From: Squalus acanthias
Lineage: Eukaryota
DNA: 64,000 nucleotides
Reading direction: 5' to 3'
NCBI GenBank assembly: GCA_030390025.1
Contig: CM059439.1
Location: forward strand, 53,878,001 to 53,942,000
A program made the translations under genes and the position numbers. Positions 37,792-50,860 of the stretch are shown here, one piece after another. A model generated the notes under the pieces. That model was not told where the DNA came from. It saw only the letters and a program-made list of their open reading frames with translations, and did no database searches. The first letter of the stretch is position 1, and the number at the start of each line of letters is the position of its first letter.

Positions 37792-40760
37792 ATGGCAGGG
37801 GGGTTGGGAACCTGTGCAGGGAGACAGAGGAAAGGGAAGCAAGGATAGAAACAAAAGACAGGAAGGAGAAAAGCAAAAGTGGAAGGCAGAGAAATCAAGG
37901 GTGTAAATCAAACAGGGCTACAGTAAATAATAATTCTAAAAGGACTAAGAGTGTTAAAAAAACAAGCCTGAAGGCTTTGTGTCTTAATGCGAGGAGCATT
38001 CGTAATAAGGTGGATGAATTAGCTGCGCAAATAGATGTAAACGGATATGATATAATTGGGATTACGGAGACATGGCTCCAGGGTGACCAAGGCTGGGAAT
38101 TCAACATCCAGGGGTATTCAATATTCAGGAAGGGCAGCCAAAAAGGAAAAGGAGGTGGGGTAGCATTGCTGGTTAAAGAGGAGATTAACACAATAATAAG
38201 GAAAGATATTAGCTCTGATGATGTGGAATCTGTATGGGTAGAGCTGAGAAATACCAAGGGGCAGAAAATGTTAGTGGGAGTTGTATACAGACCCCCAAAC
38301 AGTAATGCTGAGGTTGGGGATGGCATTAAACGGGAAATTAGAGACACGTGCAATAAGGGCACAGCAGTTATCATGGGTGACTTTAATTTACATATAGATT
38401 GGGCTAACCAAATTAGTAACAATACCGTGGAGGAGGAATTCCTAGAGTGTATACGGGATGGTTTCCTGAACCAATATGTCAAGGAACCAACTAGAGATCA
38501 GGCCATCTCAGACTGGGTATTATGTAATGAGAAAGGATTAATTAGCAATCTTGTTGTGCAAGGCCCCTTGGCTCAGAGCGATCATAATATGATCGAATTC
38601 TTCCTTAAGATGGAGAGTGAATTGGTTGACTCAGAGACTAGGGTCCTGAATTTAAATAAAGGAAACTACGATGGTATGAGGCGCGAGTTGGCTAGGATGG
38701 ATTGGGGAGCGTTACTTAAAGGGTTGACAGTGGATAGGCAATGGCAAACATTTAAAGATCGCATGGATGAACTACAGAATTTGTTCATCCCTCTTTGGCA
38801 TAAAAATAAAACAAAAAAGGTGACTCAACCATGGCTAACAAGGGAAATTAGGGATAGCATAAGATCCAAGGAGAGGACACATAAATTGGCCAAAAAAAGC
38901 AGCCAGCCTGAGGATTGGGAGCAGTTTAGGATTCAGCAAAGGAGGACAAAGGGATTAATTAAGAGGGGGGAAATAGAATATGAGAGTAAGCTTTCAGGGA
39001 ACATAAAAACTGACTGTAAAAGCTTCTATAGATATGTGAAGAGAAAAAGATTGGTGAAGTCAAGCGTAGGTCCCTTGCAGTCAGAATCAGGGGAATTTAT
39101 AATGGGGAACAAAGAAATGGCAGACCAATTAAATACATACTTTGGTTCTGTCTTCACAAAGGAGGACACAAATAACCTCCCAGAGATGTCGGGAAACATA
39201 GGGTCCAATGAGTGGGAGGAATTGAATGAAATCAGTATTTGTAGGGAAATGGTGTTAGGGAAATTGACGGGATTGAAGGCTGATAAATCCCCAGGGCCTG
39301 ATAATCTACATCCTAGGGTACTTAAGGAAGTGGCCCTAGAAATAGTAGATGCATTGCTGGTCATCTTCCAAAATTCTATAGACTCTGGAACAGTTCCCAT
39401 GGATTGGAGGGTAGCTAATGTAACCCCACTATTTAAAAAGGTGGTAGAGAGAAAACGGGGAATTATAGACCGGTAAGCCTGACATCGATAGTGGGGAAAA
39501 TGCTAGAGTCCATTATAGAAGATGTAATAGCAGAGCACTTGGAAAACAGTGACAGGATCGGACAAAGTCAACATGGATTTACAAAAGGTAAATCATGCTT
39601 GACTAATCTACTGGAATTTTTTGAGGATGTAACTGGTAGAATTGATAAGGGAGAACCAGTGGATGTGGTGTATTTGGACTTTCAGAAGGCTTTCGAGAAG
39701 GTCCCGCATAAGAGATTAGCGTGCAAAGTTAAAGCACATGGGATTGGGGGGAAGGTACTGACTTGGACAGAGAACTGGTTGGCAGACAGGAAGCAAATAG
39801 TTGGAATAAACGGGTCCTTTTCCGAGTGGCCGGCAGTGACTAGTGGGGTACCGCAGGGATTGGTGCTAGGACCCCAGCTATTCACAATATATATTAATGA
39901 TCTAGACGAGGGAACTAGATGTAATATCTCCAAGTTTGCAGACGACACAAACCTAGGTGGGCGTGTGTGCTGTGAGGAGGATGCAGAGAAACTCCAGTAT
40001 GATTTGGACAGGTTGGGTGATTGGGCAGATGCAGTATAATGTGGATAAATGCGAGGTTATCCACTTTGGTGGCAAAAACAGGAAGGCAGATTATTATCTG
40101 AACGGCAATAGATTGGGAAAAGGGGAAGTGCAACGAGACCTGGGTGTCCTTGTGCACCAGTCGCTGAAGGTAAGCATGCAGGTGCAGCAGGCGGTTAAGA
40201 AGGCAAATGGTATGTTGGCCTTCATAGCGAGAGGATTCGAGTACAGGAGCAAGGATGTCTTGCTGCAGTTGTACAGGGCCTTGGTGAGACCACACCTTGA
40301 GTATTGTGTGCAGTTTTGGTCGCCTTATCTGAGGAAGGATGTTCTTGCCTTGGAGGGAGTGCAGCGAAGATTCACCAGACTGATACCTGGGATGGCAGGA
40401 ATGACGTATGAAGAGAGATTGGGTCGATTAGGCTTATATTCACTAGAGTTTAGAAGAATGAGAGGGGATCTCATTGAAACTTATAAAATTCTAACAGGAC
40501 TAGACAGACTAGATGCAGGAAGGATGTTCCCGATGGCGGGGGAGTCCAGAACCAGGGGGCACAGTCTAAGGATAAGGGGTAGGCCATTTAGGACTGAGAT
40601 GAGGAGGAATTTCTTCACCCAGAGAGTAGTGAACCTGTGGAATTCTCTACCACAGTTGAGGCCAATTCATTAAATATATTGAAGAATGAGTTAGATATAT
40701 TTCTTAAGGCTAAAGGGATCAAGGGATATGGGGAGAAAGCAGGGACAGGGTACTGAATTT
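37792..40760 (+). pseudogene. CR1 ORF2 (AP endonuclease plus reverse transcriptase)
   Basis: LNARSI, ITETW, VYRPP, GDFN, SDHN, GVPQG and FADDT; frameshifts near 39440 and 40025. Confidence 0.95.
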
Positions 40761-41000
40761 GGATGATCAGCCATGACCTCATCAAATGGCTGAGCAGGCT
40801 CGAGGGGCCGAATGGCCTACTCCTGCTCCTATCTTCTATGCTTCTATGTTGGCCTTGGAGGAGAAGCAGCGCAGATTCACCAGAATGATACCGGGACTAA
40901 AAGGGTTAAATTATGAGGAGATGTTGCAGAGACTAGGTTTGTATTCCTTCGAGTGTAGAAGATTAAGGGGTGATCTAATTGAGGTGTTTAAGATGATTTA

Positions 41001-41985
41001 TAATGATGCTGAGTTAAGGAGATATTAGGAGGGGTGATGAAAAGTTTGGTGAAAGAGGTGGGTTTTATAGGAGGGTCTGAAAGGAGGAGAGGGAGATGGA
41101 TTAATGGGGATGTTTGGGGGATTAATGGGGATGTTTGGGGGATTAATGGGGATGTTTGGGGGATTAATGGGGATGTTTGGGGGATTAATGGGGATGTTTG
41201 GGGGATTAATGGGGATGTTTGGGGGATTAATGGGGATGTTTGGGGGATTAATGGGGATGTTTGGAGGATTAATGGGGATGTTTGGGGGATTAATGGGGAT
41301 GTTTGGGGGATTAATGGGGATGTTTGGGGGATTAATGGGGATGTTTGGGGGATTAATGGGGATGTTTGGGGGATTAATGGGGATGTTTGGAGGATTAATG
41401 GGGATGTTTGGGGGATTAATGGGGATGTTTGGGGGATTAATGGGGATGTTTGGAGGATTAATGGGGATGTTTGGGGAGTCAATTCCAGAGTGTGGGGCCT
41501 CGACAGATGAAAGCACAACCGCTACTGGTGGAGCGAAGGGAAGAGGGATGCACAAAAGACACGAGTCAGAGGAACTGAGCGCTCTGGGAGGCAGGTAGGG
41601 CTGGAGGAACTTAGAGATAAGGAGGGGTGAGGCCATATAGAGATTTAAATACATGGATGGGAATTTTAAACGGGAGGTATTGGGGTTTGGGGCCAATGCA
41701 AGTCAGTAAGGATAGGGATGATAGGTGAGCAGGACTTGATACAGGATAGGATACAGGCAGCAGAGGTTTTTTTTGTGAGCTAAAATTTATGGAGGGTGGA
41801 GGATGGAAGGCCGGCCAGGAGAGCATTGGAATAATCAAGTCTGGTGGTGACAAAGACATGGGTAAGGGTTTCCAGAGCAGATGGGCTAAGCAGAGGCGGA
41901 GATGGGCAATGTTATGGAGTTGGAAGTAAGCAGTTGTTGTGTTGGAGAGGATATGAGGTTGAAAACTCAGCTCAAGGTCAAATAG
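41001..41985 (-). mobile_element. L2 LINE fragment
   Basis: FKIPIHVFKSLYGLTP; aligns with 29193-30040. Confidence 0.85.
41098..41475. repeat. Minisatellite: 18 copies of the 21-bp unit GGATTAATGGGGATGTTTGGG
   Basis: Direct count; units 8, 14 and 17 end in GGA. Confidence 0.97.
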
Positions 41986-42357
41986 TATAACGTTGCTATA
42001 AACACTTCTTCTGCCAAGCCTTCAGATAAACACAACCAAGCTATCACATTTACAACAGTTCAATTACACTGGTATTTATAGTGCCAATTATTATTTAATT
42101 AGCATAAGCATATGAATGGTGCTATTCCTTTCTATCACCGGACCTCCTCTCAGTGTCTACATTTGTATACCAATTTAAGCCAAACATCCTACTTCTCCTC
42201 AGTGGTGGAAGATTCTGAGGTTGATGGCTACAGCACTGTGCACAAATCCGTCATGATGCCACAGAGGTAGCTCGGAGACTCCGCCATCTGAACCACCATC
42301 TACCACACATTAATGGGACACCTTCTCAACTGCATCGATAGGGGTTTGTCGCACCAA

Positions 42358-42820
42358 GTCATGTTCACACATCACCCCTGTACTACCTAACCTACATTGG
42401 CTCTAATCCAACAATGCCTCAAATTTAAAATTCTGATCCTTGTGTTCAAATCTCTGCATAGCCTCGCCCCTTCCTATCTCTGTAACCTCCTCCAACCCGA
42501 CAAGAAGTCTACCTTCCTCCAACACTGGCCTCTTGAGTATTCCAGATTTTCATCGCTCCACCGTGGGCAGCTCTGCCTTCAGCTGCCTCAGCCTTGAACT
42601 CTGGAATTCCCTCCCTAAACCTCTTCACCTCTCTATCTCTCTCTCTCCTTCTTTAAGACGCTCCTTAGAACCTACCTCTTTGACCAAGCTATTGGTCATC
42701 TGCCCTAATATCTCTTTACGTGACTTGGTGTCAAATTTTGTTTCATAATGCTCCAGTGAAGCACTTTGGGGCGTTTTACAGCATTAAAGGCGCTATATAA
42801 ATGCAAGTTGTTGTTGTTGA
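42358..42820 (+). mobile_element. L2 LINE 3' fragment
   Basis: FKILILVFKSLHSLAPSYL, LWNSLP; tail tataaatgcaag(ttg)n. Confidence 0.9.
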
Positions 42821-43911
42821 TGCACTGCAAACTTACTTATTTTAAATACTGGACCACTGAGATCTAGGTCCCGTGTGTTCTCAGCTAAGGGATGGCATTT
42901 CCTTTTTCTTAGGACAACAACAGCTGGTTCCTCATCTGCAACCCCATGTGTCCTTTGCAGCTCATGTCCTGCTTCACCATCTAATCTGCTCTCACTATGA
43001 CTAAATAATCCCTCTCAAGTCAGTGTCTCTGAGATGATATTTACAAGTGAGAGAGCAATGGATGGATAAAGTGTGACTCAGTGGGAATACAGCTGCCCTG
43101 GTTTCTGCAGCTGCTACTTCTCAGAGGGTTGCTGGGGTTCCCTAGGAAGGGATTAAAGGATTATAGGTTGGAATGGGTGGCTGAGCCACATAATGGCTAA
43201 TGCACTTTCAGAACAAGTTGCCATGGTAACATGTTAAAAGGTAACGTTAAAATATTTTGCGCAAAGATTGCACTCAAGTGGCAGGAGCTGTTGAGATGTG
43301 ATGCGTTGATTTTGCAAACCACCCTGCATCTTGCACGTGCCTTCTACTTCTCTATCACTCCCATGTGCCTGAGTTTTCTCCTCAAAGGATGAGAGGCAAA
43401 GGCTCGGGGGACCATCACAGAAATTTTTTTTTCTGTTGGGCATTGTAAGCAATCTTCTCCTTCGGGGAGGGGGGGATAAAGAGTGAAGATTCCTTAATGG
43501 GGGTGAGAATGCAACTAATACATCAGTGAAGCTTTCATGTTTTTTCTACATGCTAGACTGAGTGAAGGATCAGTTGTAGGGTGAGGAACAGGGCATGAAG
43601 TGTCTTGAGCTTCCTTGGGGACATTTCAGGAAAGTTGTACTTGATGAGGAACACAAGGAGGGAAAGGTGGGCGACAATGGTAAGCATGCTTTCAACCAGG
43701 TTTCGGGGAAAGCTGATTGTGAGTCCTCTTTCCTTGGCTGGCCTAGTGTGTTGTCATTTGAGGGTTGAAAAGATGGAACTGTGCAATGACAACTTCCTTC
43801 TCTGGGCCTGGATCATGTTCTTCATTGGATCCCTTTCATTTGTACTGAAGATGTGATTTGTAACCCTAATTCCACTCAGTATTTAAGTGTGGCAGCCATT
43901 TAAATAAAATC

Positions 43912-44500
43912 ATAAAATCATAGCACAGTACAGCACAGAAGGAGACCATTCGGCCCATCGGGTCGGCACCGGCTCTTTCGAAGAGCAATCCAGTTAATCC
44001 CACTCCCCCGCTCTTTCCCCATTTACCTAAAAAAAATTCTCCTTCAAGTATTTATCCAATTCCCTTTTGAAGGCTACTATTGAATCTATATCCACCACCC
44101 TATCAGGCAGAGCATTCCAAATCCTAACCACTCATTGCTTTAAAAAAAGTTTTTCCTCATGTCTTCATACGGGGTAGGACATTTAGGACTGAGATGAGGA
44201 GAAATTTCTTCACTCAGAGGGTGGTGAACCTGTGGAATTCTCTCCCACGGAAGGCTGTGGAGGCAAAGTCACTGAATATATTTAAGGAGATAGATAGATT
44301 TCTAGACACAAAAGGCATCAAGGGGTATGGGGAGAGAGCGGGAATATGGTATTGAGATAGAGGATCAGCCATGATCATATTGAATGGCGGAGCAGGCTCG
44401 AATGGCCGAATGGCCTACTCCTGCTCCTATTTTTCTATGTTTCTATGTCGCCTCTAGTTCTTTTGCCAATTACCTTAAATCTGTGCCCTCTGGTTATCAA
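43912..44500 (-). mobile_element. CR1 3' fragment containing an oppositely oriented CR1 3' fragment (44164-44444, +)
   Basis: The inner copy is flanked by ATGTC (44159-44163, 44445-44449). Confidence 0.85.
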
Positions 44501-45279
44501 CATTGTGCAAAGAGGTGAAATGAGGAAAATTTGTTGGGATCACTATTGCAGATAGAAGTGCAGTCCTGGTATACTTCCAGCAGTAGCCCCACTGCTGAAG
44601 AAAATTTAGCTCTACATGTTTTCAAAAGTGCTGGTCATTTTCTGTGTAAACCTAGGCTTTTAACCCCTCATGTGCGGTTACTGGTAATAAAAGGTATTCA
44701 AGTTAATATTCTAATAACAGACAAAAATACATTTTTGTCCAAGAAGATTTTCTCATATCAACATTAACATGCTAAACAAGCTACTCAAAATTATATTACA
44801 AAAAATGGCTTCTGTGTTTGATTAGCTAAAATATTAAAAGCCACAAAGCATATCCCATCAACATCAAGGTGTTTGCTCCTAACATTTTCCATATTGGCAG
44901 CCATGTGCTGTACGAGCCTTTATTCATTGAGACCTACTTGGTGAATATATTCATGCAAATTTATTTTAAATTTATTATAGTAGTCAAAATGCCTCAGTGA
45001 ACCATCTGCGTTGCTGATATTTGCACTTCTGGTCAAACCAGAAGTCTTGCTGTATTGTAACAGATAAAATAACCATTAATGATTAAGTATGTTAACTGCA
45101 CCCAGGGGATGATGTTTGTTCAGCAATAGTTTGTGTGCAGTGACCACAGGCTCTCTCTGTAACTTTCACAATGGACTGATGCATTGCAGTGAATAATCAA
45201 ATTACTGTTGAGGTTGCATGTGGCAAAATTGTCTTGTCTGAAAAAAACAATCTATAGTTAAGCAGAAATTGGAGATATT

Positions 45280-45884
45280 GGGGTTGACTTTCACTGCCTT
45301 CGCCTGGCATTAATGGGCCGGTATTGGCTTCAAAATGGGGTTGATAGCCTTACCACCCCATTAACACCAGCAATGCGGCCGGCTCCATTTTAAAAGGTAC
45401 CTACCGCCAGGTGTTCAAAGCGCCCGCCTGTTTCAGACGATAGGCCCCTTTTAATAAGGAAGTTGGGATCCTATGATGCAACTAGGACCCCGATTGGCAT
45501 TTTAATTAGGAACTGATCTGAGCAGTTCCATGGGTGATGGAACAGAAGAAGCCTTCTAAAGGCAAGTCTTGAATTATTTTTGCGGGCCCCAGAGCAGCAT
45601 GGGTGTAACTCCGGAGCCCACAAAAATAATCTAGGTCGCTGCTGCCCACACCCTCCACGATCCCCCCACCCCCTGCAACTTACCTTGCTGGTGGCAGCTC
45701 AGACTCCATTTTCGGGCTTCAATCTGGCAAGCTGCGTCAGCACGCCTATTTGGCACCCTGCAGCTTGCCTGGAAAATTCAAATGAGGCCAGAGCCTCAAA
45801 ATCACGGGGGTCACTTAGCCGTCGGATTATGCGGATGACCAGTGCGCTCTGCTGGTCGGCCACCCAAAAGTCAAAATCTATCCC
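45280..45884. mobile_element. Harbinger-type MITE (605 bp)
   Basis: TIRs GGGGTTGACTTTCACT / GGGATAGATTTTGACT; TSD ATT on both sides. Confidence 0.75.
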
Positions 45885-46199
45885 ATTGCTAGAATTTTCT
45901 TCCCAATTTTTTTCCCATTTCTCTTCATCTTTCCTGAAGACGCTGGCTCATGATGAGGCAGTTCCACGGGTGCCAATAGGTACCTCATCCATTCTCGTCT
46001 TGTCCATTTTTGCCTGCTACCTGGGAAATGTCTTTGTCATTTGGAGTGAATGGTGAGAGGTTACTTAACCTCAAGCAATGGGGGTTTGGGTGACAGGAAT
46101 GACTTGGTCATTGTAGGACTGCTTTGTGGTGGTGTTGGGGTGGGGGGTGGGGGGGTGCGGGGAAGTTGGTACAGCATCTTGGAGCCATATGGGGCCACT

Positions 46200-47937
46200 G
46201 GTGCAAGTTAAGTAAATCTGGCCATTATGAGTCCATCCCGGGCCTCCCGGGCAGCAATGTGCACCGCTGCTGGTGCCATCTCCACCTCAGGTTCCTCCTC
46301 CTCCTCCTACTCCAAAGAGGCTGTGCGCTCTGCACCTTGCTCCTCCTGCAGCTCCAATCCTCGTTGCTGCACTATGTTGTGCAGCACGCAGCATATGACG
46401 ATGATTCTGAAGATCTTGGCTGGTGCGTACTGTAGGGCTCCCCCAGATCTGTCAAGGCATCTGCAGAGCATCTTCAGCATGCTGATTGCTTGCTCTATGA
46501 CACATCTGGTGGACATGTGACGGTAACGATAGTGCTCCTCGGCCTCATTGCTTGGCCTCCTTAACAGTGTCATCAACCACATCTTCAGTGGATAGCCCTT
46601 GTCTCCAAGCAGTCAGCCAGTAAGTCTGTTTGGCGATGCGAAGAGCTGAGCGAGGGTGGACTTGCGCAGCATGAAAGAGTGCCAGGGAATCTGGCGCACA
46701 CATGCATGATGATCTTTTTATGGTTGCAGACGAGCTGCACATTGAGGGAGTGGAAGCCCTTACGGTTCACAAACACTCCTGGGTGACGTGGGGGTGCCTT
46801 GATGTGTGCGGTCGATGACGCCCTGCACCTGTGGGAAGCCAGCCAGAGCCGTAAAGCCAAGTGCCCGTTCAGTAAAGCTGGCTTCATCAGTGGCAAAGTT
46901 CACATCATTGGCTGACTTGTCAAACATGGCATCAGTCAGCTGGGTGATGCATCTGTGGGCGGCCAACTGCAAGGTCCTTCAAATGTCTGCTGCAGATCCC
47001 TGGAAGGAGTCTGAGGCAAAGAAGTTGAGGGCGGTGGTGACTTTGCCAGCCACTGGTAATGCATGTCCACCAGGTCCTCTGGGCAGCAGGTCTTCTTCCA
47101 GCAAGCTAGAAATGTCTGCGATGACCTGGCGCGATAGCCTGAGCCTCCTTTGGCACTGCTGTTCAGTCATGTCCAGGAAGCTCATCCTCTCCCTGTATAC
47201 CCTATGTTGGAGGGTATGGCCTCCGGTGTGATGCATCCCTGTGCTGATCCCCTCTCTCCTGTGGAGCATCAGGTCGGTGAGGAGAAGGCTGCTGGTGTGG
47301 TTGCTGTTGCTGCTGGTGTGGCTGGTGCTGGGGCTCAACTTGGTCCGATTCTGAGGTCCAAGGTGAGACAGCATAAGCGGCACCCATGCTGATGTAATCA
47401 ATGCCAGGTAAAGTGTAGATCAGAGGCACAATCCTCCAATGTACTGAGAGTGACGACCAATGTGTTGAGAGTGGCTTCCGAGGTTGCAGAAATCACCTGC
47501 AAACTCCTGACAGCTAAATCCTTGCACAAAATGGTGTCAGCCAGAGCCTTTCCCTTAGGCAAGGAAGCAGGTGTAAGGTGTGAGTATTTATGTGTTTTTT
47601 CCAAGCTGTCACTTCATGAACTCGCACAATGGCCACTGAGCTCCCGCCTCCCCTTCACAGGCGAGGTTCCCGAGGTGCGTGAATCTCGTGCGCAACAAGT
47701 TAAAGCCAAAATATGAGGTTAAAAAGGCAGTTAAGGATCTCTCAACTAGCAGTTAAATACCTTAATGAGGTCGCCCACCTCTCCCGAGTGGGTCTGTGGC
47801 GCGCCTCAAAACGCGCCCGAGTGAAATGCGGAAGTTGGCGGGATGACGGCGGGTTCCTGACGCACTGTCAATTTCCGTGCTTTTAGCTGCCGACCCGCTC
47901 CCAAACCCGCAAGCTCGGTAATGGGAAAATTCCGGCC
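46200..47937 (-). mobile_element. Truncated Harbinger H3 (transposase half only)
   Basis: Terminus GGCCGGAATTTT at 47937; no Myb half and no second TIR. Confidence 0.85.
46210..47387 (-). pseudogene. H3 Harbinger transposase
   Basis: [58 protein letters not shown] and CCVLHN; frameshifted. Confidence 0.92.
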
Positions 47938-48389
47938 AAAGATACTCAACTATAGGGCACCCAACCTTTGTTAGGTAAATTCAATAACATGTGATCAGAT
48001 GTCACATAGTCAGACATCATTTGGTCAGAATGTCATGTGATCAAACCTCCAGGAATGCCTCCAACCAGAGTTGACATCTTTGGGTAGGCACAGTACAGGT
48101 GAGCATGCAGCGTGGAATACAGAGAGGCAAACAGCAATAAGAGTCTGGGAGAATTACAAAGACAGAGACAGAAATTAGTAACATCCACCATGCCTCACCC
48201 TGCTCTGGCACTTATCCTACTTGTTTCAATGTATGCATTCCACATGTTATTTGAGTTAGCAGTGTTTTAGAGACAATTGTGACTGATATGGTTGCCACTT
48301 TTTGTCAAATCCAAAAGCAGACAAAGGATGGACTTGGGGTGATCCAGGGCATGGCTTTGAAAAAAGAACACTATTAAATAACTGTGTTG

Positions 48390-48840
48390 CTTAAAGGGTT
48401 AAATTATGAGGACAGATTGCATAAACGTTGTTTTATTCCCTTAAGTTTAGAAGATTGAAAGGTGATCTAATCAAGGTCTTTAAAATGATAAAGGGATTTG
48501 ATATTGTAGATACAGAAAAACTATTTCCTCTGGTAGTGGAATCCAGAACAAAAGGGCATAATCTTAAAATTAGAGCTAGGCCGTTTAGGAGAAAAATCAG
48601 GAAGCACTTTTTCACATAAAGGGTAGTGGAAATCTGGAACTCTCTCCCCCAAAAGGCTGTAGATGCTGGGTCAATTGAAATTTTGAAGATTGGGATCGAC
48701 TGACTTTTGTTGGGCAAGGGTCTTGAGGGATATGGAGTAAAAGTGGACAAATGGAGCTGAGGTACAGATCAGTCACGATTTAATTGAATGGCAGAGCAGG
48801 CTCGAGGGGCTGAATGGCTTATTCCTGTTCCTATATTCAT
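48390..48840 (+). mobile_element. CR1 3' fragment
   Basis: RRLKGDLIKVFKMIKG...HFFT; CR1 3' UTR. Confidence 0.9.
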
Positions 48841-50284
48841 ATAATGCTAGTAGCTCTGTCACTTTCTCACATATCGACATGCTACCCTGGCTGATCTCGC
48901 TGGTGGACTCACATTGGCAGGTTAATGGCTATGCAGGGTGCATTTGGAATGGTAATAGCACTTCTGATAGATTTACAGCTGCTGAGAGGGAAGGAATTAC
49001 AGTTCTAATGCAGCCTTTAAAAAGCTGAAGCCAGTTAAAGGGCAACATCACTTTCTGAGCAGCAGAAAAAAGTACGGCAGCAATGTTTGAAGCAGCGGCA
49101 GTATGAGGCCACAGTTATTTTAATCACCGGGCCTCATGCAAGGGGAAGGAGATAGCAGAATCAGAAACAAAAATATACAATGAGTTTTCAGTAGCAATCT
49201 ACAAAGTAACTTTTGAAGGTGGCCTTTAACTCTATATATACCTGTGGACAGCTGCCTATCGACTCCGAACACATCTTTTATATCAACATTCATTTTGAGA
49301 GGTGGGCCACAGGCATTAAGAGAGGGAAATAAAACACTGAACATTTCTGCAGAAATGCAAATCGGGCGAGGTGTAAAAGGGGCTGCCGGTTCGCTATCAC
49401 CTGTTTTTTGCTCGGCGATGAAAGTTAAAATTACCCCGAATTATACTAATGCAGTAATCCATTGATTCCCATCGAAGCTACCTGTCTGAATTCCATGCTG
49501 AATGTCTATTGAACTGACTCAATTAAATCATTTTCTGCTTTGACCTAGGTTATTAGCCCTTCACCTGCTGTTACTACAAGGAATTAAAATGAATAACATG
49601 ACACAAACAAAAAATGCATTTTTGTTACAAAGCTAAACATACCAAACATGGTGCAAAACTTGGCCCATCCCCTCAATTTCTAAACTTTTGCCCAATTTGG
49701 GGTTAATGACTGGTTCTACGGCTCCCCTTTACATAGAATTCCAGCGTGGTAATTGATGCTATTAAACACAAAACACAGTACAATGGATCTAATGCATTGG
49801 AGACCACCTTAATATCCCACTGCAAGATGCAAAAACAAAACTGGATAAAATAAAATAAGCCAGGAGGTCAAATAAGGAATAAAGATTTAAATCTTTATAT
49901 CTACATTCATTAAAAAACAATCTGAGAGCACAGAAAATTTCTGGTTTTGGGCCAGCTGCTTAGAGAAGTTTAGGAATAAAACTGAAGACGCATTAAGTAC
50001 AACTAAGAAAAGCGTGTCCCACAGAATGTTAATACCTGCATTTTAATTGATTTCCTGCATGCTTTTTGCGCACAAAGCAGCGACATAACCTTTACATGTC
50101 AGCGATAAAGACACACTTATATATTCATGGAGCTGTGTTAAACAACTATTAAGCTTGTACAAAAGATTTCTGAAATTTAGCAGAGCATCAGATAATATCA
50201 ATGAAATCAGAGAAATTTATGATTTACAAATGGATGAAAGGATATTTCTCCATAACTACCTTATATGCTGTCAGGAGAGATTAT

Positions 50285-50520
50285 AGGGGAGTTCTGCCCG
50301 GTGTCCTGGCCAATATTTCTCCCTCAACCAATATTACTGAAGCAGATTATCTGGTCATTATCACATGGCTGTTTGTGGGACCTTGCTGTGTGCAAATTAG
50401 CTGCCGTGCTTTCTACATTACAACAGTGACTACACTTCAAAAGTACTTCATTGGCTGTAAAGCACTTTGGGATGTTCGGAGATCATGAAAGGCATTATAT
50501 AAGTTCAAGTCTTTCTTTTT
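50285..50520 (+). mobile_element. DeuSINE/SacSINE1-like 3' half
   Basis: Aligns with 62205-62420. Confidence 0.85.
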
Positions 50521-50860
50521 TACGAACAGAAGATGGCTCCCCATGAGGAGAGGCTACCAATTGGATGGCAAATCACCCGAGGCCTCTCTTGCACATCTGA
50601 TGAGATTAACAGTGACTACGGCCGGAATTTTACCAGCGCTGAGAGGACGGGATCGGAGGCGGGTCAGCTGGGAAATTTGAAATGATTGACAGCGGGTTGG
50701 GACACCGCTGTCAACCCACCTCCACGCTAGTCTCCCAGGTGTCGGGTCTGTTCAGCGCTGACAGACCCGACACCAAGTGGTGGGGGAGGCAATTTAGATT
50801 ATTAAGAGCTTGTTAATAGGCACTTAAAAATGATTTTAAGCTCACCTTCAGATTTTTAGA

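Larger units (their letters stand above)
36361..40848 (+). mobile_element. Full-length CR1 LINE (5' UTR, ORF1, ORF2, 3' tail)
   Basis: Both ORFs are present; ends ttctatgcttctatg. Confidence 0.95.
35882..41000 (+). mobile_element. Older CR1 fragment (35882-36360 plus 40849-41000) split by the full-length CR1
   Basis: [13 protein letters not shown]...LVRPNLEYCIQF on the left resumes as [16 protein letters not shown] on the right. Confidence 0.85.

Noticed and set aside
41098-41475. CRISPR-like array
   Set aside because: Head-to-tail repeats with no unique spacers, no cas genes, vertebrate context
40988-41696. Repeat-protein ORFs (GLMGMFG, INGDVWG, PQTSPLI, PPNIPIN)
   Set aside because: By-product of a 21-bp unit divisible by three inside a decayed L2; no start or splice context
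47951-48085. hAT-like palindromic MITE
   Set aside because: Internal symmetry is present, but termini and TSD are too degenerate to support
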